DNA of 64,000 nt from Botryllus schlosseri (Eukaryota): assembly GCA_051294905.1 (NCBI GenBank), contig CM119371.1, forward strand, positions 20,710,001-20,774,000. The letters run 5' to 3'. The translations under genes and the position numbers were made by a program. Each line of letters starts with the position of its first letter. Within the stretch, counting starts at the first letter, position 1. This document shows positions 52,101-61,100 of this stretch, one piece after another. The notes beneath the pieces are model-generated. The model was not told the DNA's origin and ran no database searches. It worked only from the letters and a program-made list of their open reading frames with translations.

Positions 52101-55100
52101 GACACTAAATCGCGCGAACAAAAATTTCAAGTTGCATAAATCTGTCCTTAATATTTTCGTTCATGTTCATTCACGAAAATATTTCCATCCTATTTCAAAC
52201 CTTAAAAATTCCGAACATTTATGCATATTTTGGAACTTCCTCACGGACACTTTTTAGACGCACGTATGTCAACCCTGGAAATACTCGGTTGTAAAAAAAT
52301 CAACAGAATATTAAACTCGTTTATCAAACGTCAGTATAAACTGCCGATCGTATCTCTAATATTTCTTGGCTCATTTGCAATTCAGAAATTCGTATTACCT
52401 GTGCATCAATTTGTCGAGAATCGACCTGGAAAGCGGCACGCAATCTCCCGCATATAGATTATTATTCATTCGTTTGCGAAATGGTGTGATTGTAATCACC
52501 TGATTCGATATAATAAGAGTTCATTTGCATATGAGCATATATTCACGGGAGATCGTGGACTCGGTAATGCATTGATTCGCGACCTTTTGGACCCCTTGAC
52601 CGATATTTGAGCTAATATTCCTCCCAATTAACACTAGAACTACCGGAACTTCGAACTACCTAGAACTACCTTGTGGCTTTTTTGACGCATGTTAAATTTT
52701 CTTCGATTAAATGCATTCAACGGAGCTAAAAATCAGCACAAATCTCAACAAACGGCATCAGAAACCATGGTTTATTGCGCTCACAGCTACTTGCAATATT
52801 TTAGACACACCTTAGTGCAATACATATATAACAAATCGCCGTTTTTTGGTGTAACATATAAGTGTTGTTCTGGTGCACATTTGGTATTTGTGCACGTTCT
52901 TTAAAAATTTAGAGTAGGTTCCAGATCCGCTTTAGCCACATCACCATTCTTGGATATTGCTGGCATATCACAAAGCTTATCAGATAAGAATTGCATAATG
53001 CAATCTCGCAACTAATCCTCGATTTGCATATTTCTATAGTAGGCTATTGGCATTTTGCAAGTAGAAGATAATTCACATTCTAAGAAAACATGCACGGACC
53101 ATCGTCGACTTGTTGGTACCCTCATAGAATACTGCCTTGCAACCTGGCCAATGATATCCCCCTGGTTTTGTTTCGTTATAACATGAAACCGTCACTGGTT
53201 TCTTGTTTGTGTTGTTTCTGAAGGAAACTGTTACCTCCAATTGGAGTGAACTCAATAAATATGTGTATAAATTCGATCTCTACACTGGCATGTCGCCGTT
53301 ACGCTTATCAACAAGATGATAGCGTTGAAAAGTGTGGTTACATGAAGCTGCCTGTGTTCCTTCTGGTCCTGGGTAGCTTCAAGCAACTTTTGACAATAGT
53401 GTCAACTGGGACTTCGTTTGCTTCTCCAAGCGTATACAGCCACATTCACGTAACATTGTTTCAAGATGGATTACATCGAACTCTTCACATTACTATGCTT
53501 GGCAAATGTATAGATTATAGAAGAGTTGTCCTGTTCTATCTTCGCCTAAATATGAGACGCCCTGATACAAATACTTAGTAGCAGAAGCGTCCACCATCTG
53601 ACATTTTACCCCAATTATTTGCTGCCATCGTGACCATGTAATAAACGAAAACAATATTATATTTATCGAGTCTACACCTTTTTTACTCCTCATGTCAATA
53701 GAAAGCTCATGGCTTCCATAAACTTGTTCCTCGAGAGGGTCTGGCTAAACATAATGCACTCATGCCCTAAGTCCTCTTATGCATTCAATTTACAAGATCC
53801 AGCTCCCTCTCCCCCCGGAGATCCATCTCGTAGACCAGAGCAAAGGCCCTTTGCCCTTACATAACCCTAGTATATTAGTATGGACAATACAGATGTCGAC
53901 TTGGTCTAATGGTACATTTCAAATGTCATGTCCTGTAACACGCTGAGCTTCAGAAATATAATATTACAGGGCTTTGGTAACTCGGAACGAGCAAGATCCA
54001 AAGCCTTCTATTACAAGGGATGTTGTTGCTAACACAGATAGAGCAAGTCGATATTAACAAAGTTCTGTTGTTATAAACGACATTTCTGCGTTTAGCTGAT
54101 ACATAACCACTTTCAATAATATGAAACTGCGCTGCCTTAAGGTAGAAATACCGTAATGCGTCAAAAAGGCCACTCGGTAGTTCTAGGTAGTTCTGTGCAT
54201 AACTTTTTTATTTGTACTAGATGGGTGATGAAAATCATAGGTAAGGTGGCCTACTTAAATTAAATAAAAGTCAAGAAGTTTCAGCCGAACAGCGTAAGAT
54301 ATGACTGAATGACAGCTCTTCAAAAATGAAAATGCGTCAAAAAAGCCACTTGATCGTTCTAGTGTTAAAAAGTTGCCCGTTACGAATATAAGTGCTTTTG
54401 ACGCACAATCATTTGTTGACTGAGCAATATATGATCAAAGATATTCAGATATGTCCGTACTATGTCGTATGCCGACCGCACTACACTTTGGTATGGTACT
54501 GTTCAATTTTACCGGTTTTTATACCGGTCGGGTAGCCTCTGACGAAAAATAAATCAACAAGTTCGCTTGCTATGGCCTTGAGTTGAATCGAAGAACGTGG
54601 TATTTTTTCACGTTATCTCATATGTTGGCGTAAAAAGGTCAACATTTTCACCAGCGGCCTTGTGCTGAATTTGGCTTGACTTTTTCCTAATTAGTAGCAA
54701 TTTGGTCGAGAGGCTGCCACGAGCCCAACGAAAGCGTTTCGCGAGCCTGACTTTATTATAGGGTGTAATCATAGTGTTCTAAGGAGGTAGACACTAGTGA
54801 TCGTTCGCTTCAAAAAATTGAAACGGCTATTCTCAAAGATGCCGTTTCTACCGCTTGAGCTGGGGATGTTATGTCCTAATAATAATTAGATGTACAAAAG
54901 TAATTGGTTGGCGGAGTTTTTTTTTGTAAGCCGTTCTTGATGATGAGAGATAAATTCTATAACCAACATGTCAAATGTTATTACTAGGGCGGTTTTTTTT
55001 TTACCTAAAAAAAAGAAAATTTTGACCTAAAAAATTAAAATTTTGACTTTTTTTGACCTAAAAAAAATGAATTTTGACCAAATTTTGACCTAACGTATGC

Positions 55101-58100
55101 AAATTAGGTGTTTTCCCAAAAATTGTCAAAATTGTACCAGTTATCTTTATTTCCGGTTGTAACTGGCTGTCCCAACAAAGTAGTTTGGCCTGAAAAAACG
55201 TTTTGGGCATAGAAACAGGCATCTTTGTACATATAAAAAACAATATTTCAACGAAATCTGGTCCTATGAAGAATTCCAATACGTATTATGGTGGAAATAA
55301 TTTAAAAAAAATTGTAGTACAACGAGAGATACTTTCCTATATTCTTGGGTAAAAAGTGCATCAAGGCCGTTCAACAGCAGCAGTTGTTGGCTGACATCAC
55401 TCAAGTTGTGCATACACTACTGGTGACACACCATGTTGCTTCATTCTGACAATGTTGTTTATTACAATTTTTCATCATGCGCTTCTCAATATAAGAATGA
55501 TGCCCCAGTTAGGATATTGCGGTACGTTGACCATAATACCATGTCCACCTATTTGTTTTATTTGACCGTTGGTGATTCAGTATGAGCAGATAATTGGCCG
55601 TTTACAACAGAAGGCTTATAAAGTAGGCTACAAGCTGTAAAATATCAAATGATACGTTCACCGACAGTGCAAAATCTACGATACAAACGAAATAAAGACG
55701 TCAAAAAAATTTTGACTTTATGAACAATTTTGACAAATTTTGACCTAACGCTACAATTTTGACAAAATTTTGACAAATTTTGACATGTCAAAAAAAAACC
55801 GCCCTAGTTATTACCGGTGAGGCCATTCGCGCAGTCCATTCTAAAAGACGCATTCACAGCCTCTACATGACAGCTATGTAATGCGAGTTTGTATATAATG
55901 CGATTGTTTCTGTGTGATCACAGCTAAGATTGTCGTTATGCAAAAATGCTGAGCGCTAATGCAAATATGTACTCGAATAGTTCTTGTACGGGTATGTGGA
56001 AGTATCTGATCCCCATGATACTGGTATATGAGGCAATGTTGGGATGACTCGAGTCATGACTTGACTCGAGTCAGACTCGAGTCACTTTTTTCGTATGACT
56101 TGACTTGACTCGAGTCACTTTGCTAAAATGACTTGACTTGACTCGGCGTATCAGAAATGCGGATTGACTCGTGACTCGGAGCAAAATTCACGAGTCAATT
56201 TCAAGTCATCAAGTAATCGGGGTCGATAAAAATCACAGTAACTTGTATATGTTCGTATTGTTCGCGAAACACTGGTGTAACCCATGAGTTCGATCAATCA
56301 TTCAATGATGGTGCGTTTTACTGAGTCTCCATTGTTCTCTCACAAATAAATTGACCGCAAACGAAGTGATCGAAGCTTACAGCTTATGTTGTCGTAAACT
56401 AGTATAGTGAAGTCATTCGATAGTAAAATGTCTATTTCTGTTCTCTATTCTTACCTTAACCAAATCTCCTGCTTTATTGAAATTGAATTCTAATATAGTT
56501 TATTTAGTCCTCAACCATTGTCGCAGGCTCGATTTGTATCATATCAATATGTAAATTGGTAATGTAATGTATTGCATCATATTAATTCGTTTCTCTGTTC
56601 TCTATTTTGACTGGTAACTACAAACTGAGGCTATGCTTACGTATTTTAGCGATACAGCGCCTCCTTGCGTGTATATATTTAACTCTATCTTCGTTCATCG
56701 GTTCAAAATCAATGAAGACTCAATCTGTATTTCAGACAGCTAACATAATGCAATGACGTAATCATGCCTCATACTTCGAAAAGGCAACTTGACTTGAATT
56801 GTGACTTGGCTCGTGTCTGGACTTGACTTGACTTGACTCGACTTGACTCGAGTCACCTCCAAAAATCGATTGACTTGACTTGACTCGAGTCACTTTCAAA
56901 AATCGATTGACTTGACTTGACTCGAGTCAAAATGTGCAATGACTCAAAATGACTCGTGACTCGAAGGTAGTGACTTGATCCCAACACTGATATGAGGTAC
57001 TAGTACATTCCCGATGATTGCTGGTGATGTGGCTGTATATGATGAGGTTATGCGTACATGACGAATCGGTGTGATATAGATAGGTTATTGAAACGTTTTT
57101 ACTCTGAATATCAATGGCTAATATACCAGAATATAGCGTTGAGTGGCTTGCTCCCGAGTTTATTCAAGAATTACTCATGCTCGATGATAAAGACATCTTG
57201 GTCATTCATTCGTCCTCAAAAAAAATCTATGCCTGAAGTGACTGACGAAGAAGTGACCCAATTGTTACATGAAAGTGAAAGTGGACATAGGCAACTTGAA
57301 TTGACTTTATTTGGACAGCAAAATATCAGAATGTGGATGCAGGATTACGCTCTTACAGGAAATAGGGACAAGCTTGTTGCTCAGCAAAGCAAGCATTGCC
57401 TTAGACTCTTAGAGCTTCCACACTTTTCAAAGATGCTGATGAAGTTACATATCCTGCTTATTGTCTCTTACAAATTATCAGAAGAATTTCAAAAAGTCAA
57501 GGCACATCAGAACTTGCTACAGCAATAGAAATAGCATTTCACTAGTGCGATACCCTCCAATAGACTACCTAGGGGGATTTGCTCTAAAAAGTTGGTATCA
57601 AAATTTGGAAACAACTCCATCTCGGATAATATGACGTATTTACCAAAACAAGGAAGTGTTATCAACGTTATGGAGAAAGTAGGTTTCCTTTGTTGCCCTT
57701 CAGAAGAGCTTGGACAGTTTTTGAACAAACTTTACTTGATGTTGGGTGAGTGTGCATTTCAGAAGGAGGCCTGACAAACTAGATATTACTATCTTCACTG
57801 ACGACCTTCGAAGCAAACTCTCTAACATGTCGTATGTTGCAAGGCTGCTAGAGATATCTCAACTAGTATAACGATAGCGTACCATCGTTGCTTAGAAGTA
57901 CCAAGCCATGCGTGTGATCCTGATGTAAGATATGCTCCTGGTCAGCTGTGTTTCTTATTTAATTGACATATTTAGTAATTGTTTACCTTGGTAATTAGGA
58001 TCAATGATGTTAGTGTAGGATTGTTGCCGGAATAAATTGGTAAGATTTGCATTGTTAGATAGGACGCAGTAAGCCAGTATTGATTATGTTTTTGCGTAAC

Positions 58101-61100
58101 TTTTATTCACCGTATCACTTCCGCATTTCCATTGTAATAAGAAGATTCACGCGCCTTGGCTTTAGTCAACGAATATATTGAAGGATATACAAGTGTGGAT
58201 TTGCTTGCGGTACGCGTTGACTACCGTGAACCTTGCTACGTAATTCGAGTTTGATCTTGATGAGCCGTAATAACTAGACTACGACTTGATTGAGCAGATT
58301 TTATTGGAAGTTGTGTCAAGAGTAATTGCACTCTTTCTCACTAAGGGATTTGCTAAGAAACTATTTCGAAGGATGAGTAGCAAATGCCTTCTTTCACGAG
58401 GCTTGAGAGGTAACCTGAAACGGCAGGTGCAGAAGTAAATGTTCTCATTATTATGTGTCTCGCGTATTTTATTTCCATTGTCACCGTGTTTAATATATGG
58501 GTAATCATTTTGTCTGCGAACGAAACAATATATCGTAGCAATCGTAGGTACAAGAGAGATAGGATAGGCTTCTAGCTAGAGCCACTTACAACTCATTGTG
58601 ATAGCGTTAGCTCGAGTGGTTTAATATCCATATTCTACTTTTCACTATGTAAGTCTGTCATTATCATTCAGAACGCTATTAGGTACGGGAAACTATCGGC
58701 AGGTGAAGGCCGATACTTGAAAGTAAGAAATGATATGTGAATCCATGCTTGATCATGCACATAATCGTGTTTATTGTTTTCTTGAAGCTTCAGGATTTGA
58801 TTTTTCTCGTAAGAGACAAGAAAATGTCCAGAGAACTGTGCGAGAAATCCCTTAGTCGACTATTCACGGACGAAAGTCGTGCTGAAGAAAGCAAAGTTAC
58901 CAGCGCTAAAATAAAGGGAATATTCTCGCATGTTGATCTGTATTGTTTGCCAAGGCCGGGCGATAAAGTTGCAGAACAAGAGGAGGATCAGCATGAGCTT
59001 GAGGAGAGTGGTAAGAAAAAAAAGCGATTCTCATGTGCTTTTGAAATCTCTAATTTGTTCACCCTCGTTACCCTGTCTTCATGCAATATTTTTACCGGTT
59101 ATTACCCGGATTACAAACCAACATTCAAGTACAAGAGTAGTAATAACAGTACAAACATTACTTCATAAACAGCTACCAGCGAACGCAATACCTTTCCTCA
59201 AGTAGATATATATAATTCACCTTGTAATGGCCAATAGCAAGCGCCTAATTTATTAAAGCACAGTTCTATTTCATAATCTCTAGCACGACAAATCTTGCAA
59301 CTAAAACAGTTACAAAAATACAGAATTTATAGTGTGAATATGGCTCATTTGGCGAAAAAGGTTCATGACTCCAGTCCAGATATGCTCGGATTCCAAAATT
59401 TCGGGATCCGAATCTATCCGGCTCCGGCTGGAAATTAAAGATTCAGAGTCCGAAAAAATCCGGCTGATGAATTTCCAAATAGGAATCCGAAAAAATCCGG
59501 CCAAAATAAGGCAAATTTTTCATATGTCAGCGGAAAAATCCGGCTAAAATCCGAACGCCAACCCAAATTGAAAATCCGGATCCAGTCCGGCTACGTTGAA
59601 AATCGATGAAATCCTGCTCCGACTCCGGCTCCTGTGCCGGACTGTGGCCATCTCTGCTCCAGTCATAAACGGGCTATGAAAATATCTTTGACCAGGACTA
59701 AATCGTTATGCAGCATTCTTACGTTCGGCGGTTATCATGATCAGAACATCCATTCCGTTCTAGTGGTATATAATTACAAGCTATCTCTGTTAAACAGACG
59801 ACTCCAACCATTTCATTTCTAAAACATCGAATGTTTCAAGCCGTCCACAGCTCATGCTACAAGTTTCACCAGAAGTATTTACACCAGTGGTTCTCAACCG
59901 CCGGTCCGCGGACCGGTGCCGGTCCGCGACGCCAGGCATATTAGAATTTTATACTTAAATTTCAAGATGCAATGTTGAAGGCTTGTTCATTGATAAAATA
60001 AATAAAACATCAAATTTTAAACTGATTCATAACTTTCTGAGGTAACATCAGGGCTGGAAACATGTTCGATTTGACTTGAAGTTCAAGACGTGTCATTTGA
60101 CGACATGCGAGTGACAAGTACACAGAACAGATACGAGCCGACTCATCGCTAAACAGCTCAGTTTGATAATTGGTTTTCGATTCATTCATTTTGTGCAGGA
60201 CCGTAGCTGGGGCACCACAAACCGCCCAATTGGAGAGTGGCCGAGCTTGAATAGGGCTAAAAATTATTTCGCAAATGAACATAAATCATAGCGTATATAT
60301 TTGAAACTTTTTCTAACATTTTTCAATTTCTTTTCGCGCTTTGCACGATTTAGTATCCCTAAATGTCTTGCTTATTAGGTGCCCTTTTCTGAGAAATACG
60401 TAATGATTTATAGGTATTTTGGCATCAGCCAGTACCACGCCACGACGCATCAACACATAATGAAGCTTACGTCAACATGGGACTCCTAAAGGTGGGCCAA
60501 AAATTTGGCCGCGAGAAAACTGCTTCACTCGTGAATGATCGAAAATTTTCGCTATTGGCGCGATTAAGCTACGTAAACTGTCTGCTTACGCTGAGTAGAA
60601 TAGATGTGCTCACAAGTACAGGTGAAAACATCCACCCAACGGTAGGGTCTGGGGGTGAAGCCCCCGAAAGTTTGACTTATCGCCCTGTGGGAATCCCAAG
60701 ACCAGCGTCTTTGGGGATGGGCTGACGAAGTGCCTTTTCGGCTCGGATTTGCGGATGGCCGGTATAGCTGTTGTAATGTGTTTTCTTGCAGCACGCATTG
60801 TATTCGTAGGTAGTTGCCAGAGTAGCCTGGGTCTGGTGGCAGTGTGCAATGAGCAATGTAGCACGACAAGGTGCTTGGTTCGACTCCGATACGCTTCATC
60901 TCTCGATATTGTCAAAGAGAAGAATATTATTAGAGTTGGCGTGGTCGGTTAAACCGACGGCCTTCGGCGCGAAAGACTGTAAAGGACTCCCGGCGGTAGC
61001 CCGTTTATCTGGGCAAGGCAATTTTACCTCGACTCGGCAGACTCACTACCATAGAATCACATGGATGCCATCATGAATATAATTAAATACGATCAAAACC

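Noticed and set aside
59455..59502. CTGATGA…GAAA hammerhead-like string on the + strand
   Set aside because: No stem III pairing before the UH site and a poor stem II junction; it lies in a TCCGG-repeat MITE end, so likely chance.
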